A stretch of DNA of 64,000 bases from contig WELB01000014.1 in the NCBI GenBank assembly GCA_009602725.1, forward strand, positions 1,201,828 to 1,265,827, given 5' to 3'. The notes beneath the pieces are model-generated. The model was not told the DNA's origin and ran no database searches. It saw nothing but the letters and a program-made list of their open reading frames with translations. The position numbers and the translations under genes were made by a program. The stretch is from Spirogloea muscicola. Taxonomy: Eukaryota. Of this stretch, positions 1-13,500 are shown piece after piece. Positions within the stretch are counted from its first letter, which is position 1. Every line of letters begins with the position of its first letter.

Positions 1-193
1 TAGGCTGCCGGCATACCCATCTGGGCTGGGAGCATATCCTCGCGTCGTGCATATCCCAGACTCGCTATGTTCTCGAGTAGGGTATGGAAGCGAGGACCCA
101 AGCAGCCGAAAGTGTCGATTGCGGCCGGGAGGAGGTGGTCACTGCGGGGGTAGTCTGAGTAGTGTCGGAGCTTTTTCTGCTCAGCACCTCCCA
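1..193 (-). mobile_element. Fragment of RLE-type (CRE-like) non-LTR retrotransposon, family A, C-terminal endonuclease region (cut by window edge)
   Basis: Reverse complement closely matches ~27890-28082 (GGAEQRKLRHYSDYPRSDHLLPAAIDTFGCLGPRFHTLL...). Confidence 0.8.
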
Positions 194-782
194 GAAACAA
201 AGTGCTGCAGATCACGCAGCTGGAAGAAATTGTGCTGACTATCATGTGCTGTTTCAAGGGTAAAACGTGGCTTTTTGAGGTGGTAGGAGCATGGGTGGTG
301 GGGGCCTGGAAAACTCCGCTCTGTACCCTCTTCTATTGGAGGGGCGATGTCCATCGTAGGTCGCTCGCCTTTGAATTAGCACACTGATGCGAGTGAGTAG
401 GACCAGCTTGCCAAAGAGGGACCTTTGCTCCACCTCCACCTCCACCTCAACCATCTCGGCCAGCGTGGCCTTGTATCTGCCACACGCCCCTCGTATTCCT
501 GGTTTAACGAGTTAGGATGAAGTGGAGGCCCAAGCCCGAAAGTGCACCTACACAAGTGCGTAAAAGCAGAGAATAGTGTTGCCTCCAGAATGGCAGCTTG
601 CCCATGCTGCCGGCACTAAGTTTATGCCTTAAGCCACCAGCAGGAATCACTTTCACTAATTGCGCAAATATTGCCGGCAGATGCTGCAGCAGTCAAGAGC
701 CAAGGTGATGCACTCTGCTGGCTTGACTTCCATGTTATGGTCTTGTCTCTCTGTGGAGCACGTCCTCCTTGTCATCGCTGCC

Positions 783-3700
783 TCACTTGACATCAACACT
801 CTCTAGCTCGTCTATGCTGCTTGACTGCAATGCCAGTAACTCCAGCCGCTTGTCAAAGTGAGTCGCACTCAAGTCGCGTTCCTCAAGCTCGGCACCCTCT
901 ATCTCCAGCCACTTCTCACGCAGATCGTCCAGAACATTGGCCTGTTCAGAGCCAACCTCGCCACCCGGAGCACTGGGAGCGCTGGTTCGCTTCTCCGAGT
1001 CTCCTGATGGTGGCGGCAACCTCCTAAGCAACCTCCGAAACTCTCTTGATACCGCGAATGACTCAAATTTGGCTGCCACCGTGTCCAGGCAGTACTCTCG
1101 AAGCTTCCACACCCCATAACTGCAACAAACGTAATTCACCTGCTTGCTTCAACACAAAGTGAACACTATTGACCCCTTGATAGTAGTGAACACTATTGAC
1201 CCCTTGAAAGTAGTGATGCAGATTTATCTTGCCATTAGACATCATCATCTGCATCAAGGATGACCAGCAGGCTTCTCTGACAAGACAATACAGATATGCT
1301 ACGAAGTGAAGACCATCGCAGCCTGCTGGTCATCATGTAGAGGCAGATCACATACAGATCAGCAATCTCAAGCCAGCTGCAAATTTCTGAGGTGCTGGCT
1401 GTCTCCAACTGAGGTATGAGTGCATCTGCTGTAGCCCGTTTAAGTGAGAACAGTAGATATCTTGATGCTGCCTCAAAGACCTCTTCTGCCTGTTATGGGT
1501 GCAAGAGTTGCAACTTTAGCAGGCTGAAGATAAGCACTGCTGCTCCAAGAGCAGGAAATACAACAGAAACAATAGCTCGTCCAACAACCTCCGAGTGAAA
1601 TCTTGAATAACTTCGGCTCAACCCCTGCATATTTTGATTGACTGAGCTGCAGAACTGTAGGACCAACACAGTACCTGAGAGGGCTGAATCTCCTCTATTT
1701 TGTCAGTGTAACTGCCAGTGAGAGATTTGTTGCAGGAGATTAGTCACACTGCTGCAGTCCAGGACGTGAGGATGCGGCTTCGCCCAGCAAGGGGCTCTGA
1801 TACAATGGCTGACAAGATGGCTTCAGAATGCAGAAGCATATGACAGAAACAATGCTACAAGCACAGACATCAGTTTTCTAGGAAGTGTTGCTCACATGTG
1901 CTCAAGTAGTTTCTCAAATGCGTTGATACTGAGGTCATGAACTGGTCGCACGGGGAGGTATCCAGCTCCAGCAGCACTGCCCTCCAGGGTAGTACCTTGT
2001 GGTAAAGCCAAACCTCCTTCTTGGAAGTCCTCTGTCCTAGCAAACAGTGCTCTGAAGTACTCTGACCTGCTGGCCAGAATGAATCGATGACTTCTGAGCA
2101 ACCTTTGGTCCACCAGAAAGCAAACATCTGCATGGTCATCAGCCAGCTGCAGATGTCCGCTGTCTGCAACCTCTCGTTGCAGTGTCTTTCCACTTTGCTG
2201 GCAGTCCTCACCATCAGCTGCATTGCTATCCCCATTCATAAGGCTTGCTGTCTGATGTGGATCTGACACACGTTGAGTATGAGTACGATTGTTGTGAATT
2301 TGTAGTCTTCGATGTCCCCAGTGCATTGTGCCTGCCAGTGCTGAATACACAGCAGTCCTCGACAACAGATTTCTGAGAGCAGCTGATAATCTACTGTCTT
2401 CAGGAAGGGAAATTGCCTGCAACACACATAAAACAACGTTCCGCTATTCAATGAGCAATCTCATCACTAAGTGGTGTTCAACACCAGCCAGGAAGGTGCA
2501 ATACTGTCAGGTAAGCCATAGGTTCTGCTTGCCAAGATCTCTGGACCTACGTATGAGCCAAATTCTCACCCCTTGGCAACCAAGGACCTCAGCACTTAGT
2601 CAGACCTGAAGCATCTGACCTGAAGAAGCTTACACTACGCCCTGTTGGAATGTGAGAACCTGAAAAATGTGGCGTCGTTGAGAGCGATCGTCTAGGTGAA
2701 GAGACTTATGGTTTGCGTACTTCTGGTGCAATATTTCTTTCTCAAGAGCTTCTTGAAGGCTCTTACACCTGCAAACCTTACAAACACGTGCTAGATCTTC
2801 CAGGTCGTCTACTGCAATTTCCAATCTGGGCCAAAAAGAGGAGGGCAACTCACCGTCAAATTACTCATCTGTACCTGCTACATACGGGGAAGTAGCAGCA
2901 TCACAAATAAATGACTGAGATGCTGCCAGTGAGTACTAGAGGCATGCAAGTTGACCTTCTGAGGAAACCTCTTTCTTATAAGGCTTTCATGCTGAAGCTC
3001 TTGAAGATGATGGCCGCTTATCAGAAGCCTCCAGCACAAGATTCCAGATGTGCAGTGCATGGCAAATGACTGGGCAGTATTATGTGATCAGACAAGTCTT
3101 GCCAACCTGTCTGTATAGAAAAATTGAATGAGAGCATGAAGAGCAGCATACGTCAACTTAGGGTTTGCAAAGCGAATCTCCGACATTCCTCTCCAGCTAG
3201 TCTGGAGCTTGCGAGCAAAAAAGGACGAACGAGCAGACAGAAGAGCTCGGTGTGCCCTGTCCATGACGACATTGATCAATATCATATGAGCAACATTCTC
3301 GTCGTTCCAGATAGTGACATACCCTTTCTATGCTGCTCAACAAACTTCTCAGCCGTGAGGTGCTCTGCAACTGCAACTTTGGCTTTGGGTTCACAAAGTG
3401 GGTGTGCTCACCTGATTGGCTTTCCGGCAACACATAAGGTGATGTCGGCCCACCAAGAGTTGCTGTCGATGCAGCAGTCACGGAGAGATGCAGCCAGGGG
3501 ATCAAGCGGGGGGGGCCTGGCTTCGTAGGCCTGCAAGACACCACATAGTGCAAGATGATCGACATGATTTTCCTGGCCATTTGCAGTGTGATTAAGCGAA
3601 TTATGTGCACTTTCGAGCTGCCTCAAATTGCCACGTTTCCAAGAGCAGGCATTGGTTAGATGACTTGCAGCAACAAATATGTCTGTCAATTAATGGCTCC

Positions 3701-4426
3701 AAAGACTTCAGGAGTCTGTGGAAGCAGGTGAAAGGCATGAAAGTGAAACCAAGCCATTCGCAGCAGGCCTTTTGACAAGTGCATCTTTAAACTATCGGTA
3801 AGCATCTCTAGCCAAGATGCACTAGGCAAACAAGATGCTCTAATTGACGACTGGAAGACACATGGCTTTCTTCAGCACCTGTTGCTCATGGACCGAAGAC
3901 TATAGATTGGCAACTTCGTATCAGCTAGAGAATGGGCATAGACTTGCACCCTTGCAGTGACTCTTTTCCGTTGAGGCTGTGCTGGCGATACTTGAGAAAC
4001 ATCAGGGTATGTACACCTGAAACTCATACATCACTGCTGCCTCACCTTAAGAATGCGACGGATTCGGAGGTTGAGCGCAGAGTAGTGGCAGCGGTCGCCG
4101 TCGAAGGTGTGCTCGCTGCAGATGGCGCCGGCGTCCAGGAGGATGCGGGCGGCGTCCAGGTGGCCGGCGAGGCAGGTGTAGTAGAGGGGCACCGAGTCCC
4201 ACCGGTCGCGCACGTTGATGTCCACGCCCTCCTCCTCTACCAGCCGCCGCACGCGGTCCACGTCGCCCGCCCGTGACGCCTCGTAGATGTCGCCGTGCGG
4301 CACCCTGCGCCGCGGCCGCGGCGGCTCCGCCTCGTCGCCGTAGNGGCGGCCGCGGCGGGGGGCGACTCCTCGCCGTCCTCCTCCAGGCTCCAGAGGAGGT
4401 CCCCAAACTGCCGCATGGCGCGGCTC

Positions 4427-4463
<37 letters not shown>

Positions 4464-4531
4464 TCCTGCAGCCCGATGGCCTGCGCGACCAGCTGAACGA
4501 GCCGACTGGTGGCGTCGGGCTTCACCTTCAT
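783..4531 (-). CDS. Ankyrin-repeat + BTB/POZ domain protein (At2g04740/ABTB1-like), multi-exon
   Basis: Ankyrin exon [45 protein letters not shown] (~4045-4300). BTB1 [29 protein letters not shown]2 [31 protein letters not shown]-terminus [31 protein letters not shown], stop at 783. Start uncertain (4531 or ATG 4416) because of the n at 4344. Confidence 0.88.
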
Positions 4532-4539
4532 TACCTTAG

Positions 4540-4630
4540 CTTCGTTCTATGCGCTGGTTTTTGCCTGAACGATGTATTGGCCTGCTATTTGCCACCCTTT
4601 CATTTCATGCGCACAGCGCGCCTTCTCTCA
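4540..4630 (-). repeat. Short dispersed repeat 'C' (GAGAAGGCGCGCxGTGCGCATGAAAT...CCAATACATxGTTCAG)
   Basis: Homologous copies on + at ~47643-47710 and ~54116-54177, and a weaker one at ~9895-9930. Confidence 0.65.
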
Positions 4631-5462
4631 CCGTCACTGTCAGAAAGCGCTAGCCCGTTGACCTGAAGCCGCTGCCTCCTTGGTTGCGCGACACAGTGAG
4701 CTGGGCATCAGACGCCGAAGTGATGGCTGGAAGAAGTAAGCTCTTCCACATGGATCTGAATCAAGTGGGGCCAGTGGCTGTCCTCGGCCAGCCAAGAACA
4801 AGCAAGGCCACAGCTGTGAGCGGCGGCTTCCTAGGATGAGTTGGGAACATTGGGGCAGGACTGCGCCAGCAGAAAAGGCCATCATGGCACTACAAGAACT
4901 CTCTACCTCGTTAACAATGAAAATGGCAGTGACAGCAGCCTGGGACTAGCCAAAGGTGGGATGGCAGACATAGTTGGCGAAGCTAGCGGCTTCTGAAAGT
5001 CAGCAAACCCATGCATGATGGAAGCATAGAGGTCTGCAGCCTGTGGTCACTGCAGTACCTTAGCGAGCAGACCTATCGATGGCCTTGAGAGCTGCAAGGA
5101 CAGCAGCAGTCCAACAAGCAAGGTATACAAGGGTGTGCAGAAGCTAACACACTGAAACGTCAGAACCATCCTTGGTCCATTTGATGACACTAGCATTTCT
5201 GCCACATACTTCTTCCAGGTTCGTCAATCTGCAATACAAGTGAGACCAAGCTTTGCGAATGCAATCCATTCTTTGCAAAAGATACAGCACGAGTAAGAGA
5301 ACTTGGAGCGTGGCTTCTGTGACGAGGGCAGGAACAAGGCAACAAGGACAAATGCAGGACTATACAAAGTGACATTGATTATGGCGGGGCATACAAGTGA
5401 GTGCAGCATTATTTGCAACGGCAAAGACATTGTCAAGCGACAGCATGGGGCACACATCTTGT

Positions 5463-7407
5463 TCACTTGACCAAAAAGCTTAGCAGCAGTCGTCGTGGAC
5501 GTTCTAATCTCTTCTCCACGTGCGTTGACTCCTCCTGTTCTACAACATAACCTAGACCCTTGTATAGAGCAATTGCACTAGCATTGATAGCTTCTACGTG
5601 AACATACAGCACACTAATATTTATGGCACGTGCCACTAGCAAGGCCTCCTCCATGAGTGTTGTGGCTACGCCTCTCCTCCTGGCTGCTTTGAGTATACAT
5701 AGATTGAATACGTAGGCTATCTTCGTTGCAGCTCTGCTAGTACTGGGATGAGCACCTTCAAGGTATTCGCCTGGGAGAGTTTTGCCAACCTGTAGGCACA
5801 GGACAACAAGAAGTGCACATGTCTATCTATTAGTAATCTGTGGACGATGTTCAGCACAACTTCCTCTTCCTAATATTGTACCGTGAACATAAAGATGGAA
5901 CCAATGGACACTTGGGCGTGGGAATTGCCCATATCTTTGCCAAACCAACCTTGGTTGCGCTCCTAGTTTGGAGTGCCAACATGTACAATTGGAACAAGAC
6001 CTCGTTCGAGTCCACACTGGGATGCGTGCCAGAACCGTCCTACAGCAGTGAAAATCCTCAACGCTTACAAAGGTTCACATGTGGCGGTTGAAACTCATTA
6101 TGCTATAGGACGCCGTATATGTAGTGATTTTAGTTGGCCTGATGATGAGTACTGAAGGTCTACTACCTTTCACGAGCGTGCCCCTGCCACGTGTGGAGGA
6201 AGATATTGCTACTTGATACCCTACTGTTTGCAGCTAGTGACAAAAGCGCCAGTCAGCACCTTGCCGGCATGAGGACTTGACATCAAAAGCATATGAAGCA
6301 TTACCTGTACATCGAGCGTGCCAATGGCGACCAGCTCGCCCTTTGATTGTAGCAAGTCAGGCTGCCGCCGAGTGATCTCGGGTGGAATGGAAAATGTACT
6401 TCGCTCCACCCTGTGCCTTTGACCATCTTGCCCTAGTAGAGCCTCGTGCTCAGCGCGCTCGCACACAGCGAGCAGGCATTTCACATTCATCCCAAGTGAT
6501 TCCATCTTACTGTCCTGGACAAAAAGTGACAAGCCGAGTGAGCGTACTCATCTTTGAGAGCATGTCTTAGCAGTCTGCAGTCATGCCTGTAGCTGCAGAC
6601 ACTGGGTCATGCAATACCCAACACAACGCAGAGTACAATGCAGATCACTGACATTGTAATACAGCAGCATAAAGCACATCTCCTGGCTTTCAAGTCAATG
6701 TCATACCCTCTCATATTCTGATTGTATCCTTTTTTCCAAGAGGTCTTGCAGTCGATAATCATGTGCAGCCTTTTGCCGTGCAGACTCAATGTTGTTGAGA
6801 TTGCTAGAGGTAACATTTGCTGGGTATTCATAGAAGAGTTGTGCTCTTAAAGTAGCAGCTGCAAGATGCTCATCAGGAGTCTTCGCCGTAATGACCCAGA
6901 ACTTCAGCCTAGTTCTGGAGCCTGTGCAGAAGCCGTCGTTCACTTGCACAAGATTGCACTGGCTGCTGTAGTATGAATACCTCTTCTGGATGTGAGCCCA
7001 GCACCAGTAGGACTGGCCAGAAGCTGGCCTGTATCTGTGCACACACTGATATCACTTCAGTTGTAGCATCTATTAGAAACTGTTGCTTCAAACTCTCACT
7101 GAGACTGTCAAGCAATGCAAGACCGTCTTATAGATGCAGTGGCAACCTGATACTCTAGACTCTTGGTACTGAGCAGGAGCTAAGCAACGAGCTCAAATGC
7201 TGCTGCATCAGACCAAACAATCTGATGCGCTTAGATTGTAGAGCAGATCTAGATGTTGTTACTGGGAGGGTGCAAGGGTGCCTAGCTCATGAGTACTGGG
7301 TACCTTCTGAGAAGTCGGCCAGCAGATGGCTGCAGGCTCAGTTGTGGAGGCGAACGTGCCGAAGGAAACCGGGGCAGCAGCTCGTGAGCGGCTGCAAAGT
7401 GCTTCAT
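5463..7407 (-). CDS. GNAT-family N-acetyltransferase, multi-exon
   Basis: Last exon 5463-~5790 IAYVFNLCILKAARRRGVATTLMEEAL...LYVHVEAINASAIALYKGLGY carries acetyl-CoA motif A (RxxGxA) and the NxxAxxLY motif. Upstream exons at ~6305-6515 (CLLAV...IGTLDV) and ~6710-6940 (EHLAAATLRAQLFY). Start ATG 7407 is tentative. Confidence 0.8.
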
Positions 7408-7499
7408 TTGTGGCACGCAGCAATCTTTGTCGCCTAGAAGTTGAAGATTTGAGAGTCTGAGCTTTGATGGTCAGACTTTGAGATTTGAATGGAAGGCTT

Positions 7500-9620
7500 C
7501 GGGGTGTTGGTAGCCCCGCTCAGTCTGGGGTTGGGCCTGCGCCATCGCCACCAAGTCTCCGACCCTCCTACGAAGCGCAAAGCTCCAGTTCAAAGGTCAC
7601 AGGCACGTCGACCTCGCGGCGGTCAAGAAGGGGCCCGGTCCGTTGGCAACCACTGCGGACAGTGTGAACCCCTGGGTTTGGCTTCGAGCTCCTGGAGCCG
7701 TGCACTGACAGCCGCATGCGGAAGACCTGCGCAAGAGAGGGGCTGGCAGAAGCCACACTGAGCTGGCCTCGTCGGCAAGAAAGCGCTTCGCAAAAGTGAG
7801 CTCCTCAAATGGGGGCGATGGCTGTGGAAGGCTAGCCCACTTACTAGGCAGCTCATCGGGGACCAAAGGATCGACGTCGACGAGTGTCACGAGAGGCAAG
7901 TCTCTCACTAGACGACGCGCGGCGCTCAGGAAAGCGGTTTTCAGAGGTACAGTAAAGCCGGCTCATGGCTGGCAATACGTTCGATCCTTTCCTTTTTTTC
8001 AGCACCTCTTTCTTTGGCTTTGAACATTGTCCATTCTTTTTGGGTTGGCTTTGCCAGCCCCTCTTCTCAATGGGCGAGCACCTTCTTCTTTTTCTGAGCC
8101 ATTGCCTTCCATTGGCTGATGTCTTAGTCCTAGTCGTTCGCACTCAAGCTCCCTCAGACCTTGTCCATTCTTTTGGGCTGGCCTCTCCCAGCCACCAGTC
8201 AATCTGGCCGCGCTTTCTCTTCCATTAGAAGAGCTGTTTCTTGGGCTGGGAAAATCGCAGCCATCTGTAAGAGTCTGTCACATTCACAAGAGGGAACAGC
8301 TTTTTCCAAGGAAGAAAGTGGCTCCTCAATTGGCGAGCACTTTCCTCAAGGTAAGGGGATGGCCGTAAATGACCAGCCCAAGAAGACCAGACCACCAGGA
8401 AATAAGCTCAACCAAAGGGGTCCATGGCTGTGAAAAGCCAGCCCAAAGAAACTGCTCGCCTACAGAGAAGAGGGGCTGGGAAAGGCCAGCCCAAAAAGAG
8501 TGGACAAGATTCAAACGAAAATAGACAAGGTCACACCCATCGCCCCTTCGAAAGAGAAAGTGCTCGCCCATTGAGAATAGGGGCTGGAACAACCAGCTCG
8601 AAAAAGAATGAACAGAGTACGAGAAGGGGGCCAGGGGAAGCGCTAAGTAACAGAAACAAAGCTGCTACGAGACACTCAGTAACCCCTGCTTCGAAAGAGC
8701 CATCTCTTAGTACACACGCATTGAAATAGCTGCTTCTTCTTCGATGGTGTTCCGTCGGCACGCCCAGATTTAGTCTGGCAGATATGTACACGCTCACTCG
8801 TGGGTACCAGAGATAGCCTTCAATTGTGTGTTACCACATTGTTACTTCAGCCCCTCATCAAGTTTGTCATATACATGTATGTAATAGTTGGCTTTGCTCC
8901 CTCTTCTGCACACCGCACCTCTCTTTTCTCCTTGTGCGCTGGCTCTGCCAGCCCACGCCCTCTAGATGGGCGTGCCGGCAGCCTACTTGTCTATCGCGAC
9001 GTCGAGTGTCAGCCTGTCTGCAGCGAGCTCAGGCTCATGCTTTGCAACAGAAAGCTGGTCGAGCCTTAGCTGGTGGCACAAGAGCTTGTCGATTGCCGTC
9101 CGGTATTCGGGCATCAGTTAGCTACCTCTCGTGGTGTGCTGACTCGTGGTTATTGAGCGGGTCAGCTTAGCAGCGGGTGATGTGCATTTGTCAACTTGCT
9201 TGCCATTGTACTTGGTCACACAGGCCCTCCATCAGTCAATACACACTCCATTCCCATTGAATAGAGCTGCTTCTCTTCTTTCACAGCCATCGCGCTATTT
9301 CTGGACCCATTGGAGAAGCTTTGGACAAGAGACACAACAGATGTTTATTTGTTTACTTCACAAGCTTGGACGTCTCTACTTGACGGCCCTGGTCAAGCCG
9401 TCACTAACGAGAAACGCCAATTAGTGGCGTCAGTGTCCTGAACGAGAAAGCCCCATCAAGTGGCAACATCACACGGGCCAGTGACAGCCGGCTTCTGTAT
9501 TGAGGAAGTAACTCTGCCGAAGGTGGCGAGGGCTGCGAAGGGCCAGCCCAAATGAAATAGCTTTGAGTTGTAAGTCAATGGCTGTGAGAGGCCAGCCAAA
9601 AAGGAAGGCGAGGTCTCTTA
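7500..9620. mobile_element. Nest of truncated RLE non-LTR retrotransposon 3' ends (several families, both orientations)
   Basis: SLAQVFRMRLSV relic at ~7700-7756(-). Family F tail at 8110-8222(+), matching 62690-62805. Family B tail at 8556-8690(-). Family A C-terminus RRRVSACLQRAQAHALQQKAGRAL at ~8975-9250(+). About 11 copies of the GGGCTGG...CAGCC hairpin. Confidence 0.75.
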
Positions 9621-10073
9621 GAGGGCCAGAAGGCGTCAGAATACCGGAACTCTTCGTGTCCTCTGCAGATGGATTTTATTTGACTTCTAGTCAGCACGTG
9701 CAGATCTGAAAACGTAGAGGCCGGAAAAGCCTCGGGACTGTTAAAGAATGACAGAAAAGCCTGATAAGGTCCAGATGGTCTGTATATGAAATTGCTGTTC
9801 TCATAAATATAGGGAAACGTGCTCGGTGCGCATGAGGGGGGAAAGGCGGGGCTTGAAACGCCGAGGCCAGTAATACAGGCGGGAAAAGCAGCGAGAAAAG
9901 GCGCGCGGTGGGCGTGCAATCAATGGCAAAAAAGAGCAAAGAATGAGGCAACACAAAGTGAAGACCTAGGCTAGGAGGGGCTAATTAAGGAAGCAGGCCG
10001 AAAGCACAGCTGGAGGTGGCTGTCATTCTGGTACTCACAAGTAAGCAAATCTCAAGTCGGACGGGCTAACTTA

Positions 10074-10215
10074 GGGCCATTTTACACTTGGTCGGTCAGT
10101 CACAAACTGGCCCTCATTTTGGCTTCATATTGACAAGCTTTTGACCTCGGACGTCCATACAATGCTCGACACGTATCCCTCAGCCGCGACCGACCGACCC
10201 AGTGTAATTTTGCCC
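10074..10215. mobile_element. Tourist-like MITE (PIF/Harbinger derivative), 142 bp
   Basis: Imperfect ~28 bp TIRs GGGCCATTTTACACTTGGTCGGTCAGTC / rc GGGCAAAATTACACTGGGTCGGTCGGTC. TTA target duplication at 10071-73 and 10216-18. Internal GACACGTATCCCTC matches the subterminal sequence of the Harbinger at ~16829-16842. Confidence 0.85.
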
Positions 10216-10571
10216 TTAGCGAGCCGAGCGCTGGTTGAGAGAGCGTTGAGCACCTCCGCACTGGGAAGCCGGCGCCCGCCTAGAAGCGGCGGCTGCGGGG
10301 CGGCTGTGGCGGCGGCGGGCCCACCGCGTAGGTACGGGGGCAGGAGACAAGTCCGATCGCTTCCCGTCGAGCTCGGAGGAGGCGTTGCCAGCCGGCGATC
10401 AGCGCTTCGTAGGAGCTCTCACCTCCAGTCTGCAGCGGTGCTGTGCTCGATGATCGCATCTGTGCGCAAGCCTTGCGATAAGGCCGCCTCTGTGAGTTGG
10501 AAAGACTGGTGGAGTTGGCGAGATAAGGAGGACATCAGGATTCGTTGACGGCGTGGCAAGAGCCACATATT

Positions 10572-13500
10572 ATGGCTGATGACGACTCTGATTCTGAGCC
10601 TGGGAAGTCCATCTCCATTTTGCGCCTGGATATTGGTGAGCCACACATCCATGCAACCAACCAGGCTGATGCGTTTCACAACACAGAAGTTGCCACTTAT
10701 GAGTACATAGATTCTGCAGGGCTAGAGCTCTGCAGGAAAACTGGTATCTGAATTGATATATGCTGTAAGAGAATTTCAGTATAGAGTAGGTCTCTGTGTA
10801 CAGGCAGAAGGATCACCTCTCTCGGATGTTGAAACTCCGTGCTCCAAGTCCGGCACCAAGAATTGCTATCTCACGCTTGGTCCTAGAAGTACAAAGAGTT
10901 TCTTGCATGTAAAGAGTAAAGAGGTCTTGCTTGCCATTCTTGGCCTCTATCACTTCGATTAATTGCAACCAATCACCAGTACAAAGATGGTAAGATGCCT
11001 GTATACTTGGAAGTTGTCTTCTGCTTTCCTTTCCTGTTGCAGTTTAGAAGAGCTTGAGAATCGGCATCCAATAAATAGCTGACTGCATACTACAATGGCT
11101 GCACACAGGAGGAACTCAATATACTACCACGGTGGATACATTGACGCAAAGAGATTCGACATCCATGCTAGGCGTGATGTTTGGTGGTCGTCATCGTGTC
11201 CACCGTGACCCAAAGAAGGTGCACATGATGAGTCTTGGTTGAATGTCACAATTGTGGCAATCTGTGAGAGCAGTATAGCTGGAACTAGGTGTGAGGAGGT
11301 TGTGCACATTGTAAAGGAAGGAAGTATGGTCACAAATGCAAGTGATGCCGAGTTTATCCAGAGGAGAGACAAGTTGGACAACTGTTGTTGCTATGGCAAT
11401 GTCCTCTTACGCAGCGATAGCAGCTGTGGGAAGGTGCCTGCACGTTGTCTCTGCGGTTGCCTCTTAGACTGAACTCGGTCTCTTTGAGCTGCGCTTAATC
11501 GGTCCGGCTTCTGCAATCTGCTTGGGTGCACAGGGCACAGTATTCATAGACCGAGATGGAACACACTTTCGGCACGTTTTAAATTGGCTTCGAGATGGAT
11601 GTGTCCCTGTTCTGGAAGGTCAGATCCACCAAGAGCTTGTGCGTGAGGCAGAGTACTATCAACTGCAAGTGAGTATAGTCCAGGGGACTAAGCTGTGTAT
11701 AACATCGAGAGGTCTCTTGAGCGTCCTGTTGTGAATTGTACTTTCAGTCGTCTCCGATCAGTATTCTCATCTCAATATCAGAAGTTCCAGTCCATGATTA
11801 TTAGACCTTGAAAGGGCATAACATTCACTAATATTAAGATTGTGATTGCTCCAGGACATGTTAGAGGCAATGGCAAAAGCACAGCACCTAAAGGAACTGG
11901 ACTCTCACCGCTTGCCTGAGTTGACTCGTCAGGAGGTCTGCGATTGCTACCTCTTAATCAACAGCTTCTGTCAGCTACATTCAGCATTAAAGTTTTGACA
12001 AACTCTATTTCTCTGTCCTTCTCGCATGTCAAGTACAAGTATGGCTGCTGTTGCAGGTGATCAAGTGCCTGCAGAACAAGCGAGTGCGTTTAAGAGGAGT
12101 GAACCTGTGTGGCGTGAACCTCTCAGGCCTGGTGCTTATTCATGCCCAGCATCCAAACAATCTGCATTGCATGCTGTTCATGCAATGCAGCTTTGCTGCC
12201 AAAGCTCAGCCTGCACGACGTGACCCTGAGGCTTTCAATTATCTTATGACATACTTGTTGCCTCTGTCCTCCCATTGCCTGTCAGCAGTTCTTCTCTTAG
12301 GCACTGGTCACAAGTGCCGTAGCACCACAATGTTGCAATGACAGTGTTACTAAATAATGAGAAATGAATTTGCTTGCACCAAGTCGACAAACTTGTACTT
12401 CTGTCAATCCGATGACTTCTGTCCAGGATATGTCCGGAGTGGACCTCAGCTATGCGAAGCTCTGTGGGACTTCATTCCAAACAGCTGTTCTGCAATGTGC
12501 TATCTTCAAGGTCAGATAAGAACCAGATGCTTGCAACGTAAGTAGGCTTGTGTGTGGGTTTTAGCCTGCCTAGCACATGCATGTATACATACATTCATCC
12601 ACAGTACATGTAAAGGTAAGCAATGTTTGCATATATAGGTGCCTGGTCTATGTGCTCACTTGTCCTCGGCTGCATCTTGACAGTATGCAGAAGCAGACGA
12701 GTCCAACTGCAGCAATGCGGTCTTCAAAGAGTGAGCAAATTTCTTATGAAGAAGTTGGGTGAAAGTTAGATCTTCATAGATGGCTCGTGACAAAACGAAC
12801 TGCTGTGTAAACGAAGATCATGGTTGACTCCTGAGAACCTTGCTAGAGACACCCTATGCCATCCAAGTGTTTACTTGCAAGTGACCGGCAGGTGTGACTT
12901 CAAAGGTGCTAGCTTACGTAAGGCAGTACTTGCAGGCACTAACCTTCAGAGTGCAAACCTGCAGGGTAAGCTGTGCGGTTGATGATGCCAATTGCCTTGT
13001 CTCTCCATTGATCTATACCACCATCTTCCTGGTCAACACATTGTGGATGATCAGCTGGAATTTACTTGCAATACTATGCTCTTCACTTACACTGCCTGTC
13101 AATGTGTCATGCAAAGTGCAGCTCTTTGATATTCTGAGATTCTGAGATTGACATGCAGATGTCAACCTCTCTGGCGCAACTCTTTGTGGCGCGGACCTAC
13201 AGTCTGCACATTTGCAGGTTACTTCACCAATGATAGTTATCAGTCACCTGCCCAAGCTCCAGCTTGCACCACAAGAGCTCCGACCAATATCAGTCGTCCA
13301 TCTACTGGAATACACGGGCTTATACCTCTTGATTGTTAGACAAGCCACTGCCCATGCGACATCTGGCCTGTCTTGCAGGTATTGCCTGCACTGATGACAT
13401 GGTGTGTCTGCTGTGGTCACTGATGGTGTGACGCAGAATGCAGATCTGACTGATGCGGACTTGACTGGTGCAAACCTTGAAGGGGCAAATCTGAAGGTGC

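Noticed and set aside
7960..8700. Recurring ~40-60 bp motif with variable spacers resembling a CRISPR array
   Set aside because: Irregular spacing, mixed orientation, eukaryotic context and no cas genes. The units are retrotransposon 3' tails.
10074..10113. A 40 bp mini-element ending at TGGCCC-TCA
   Set aside because: The better TIR and matching TTA TSD lie at 10215.
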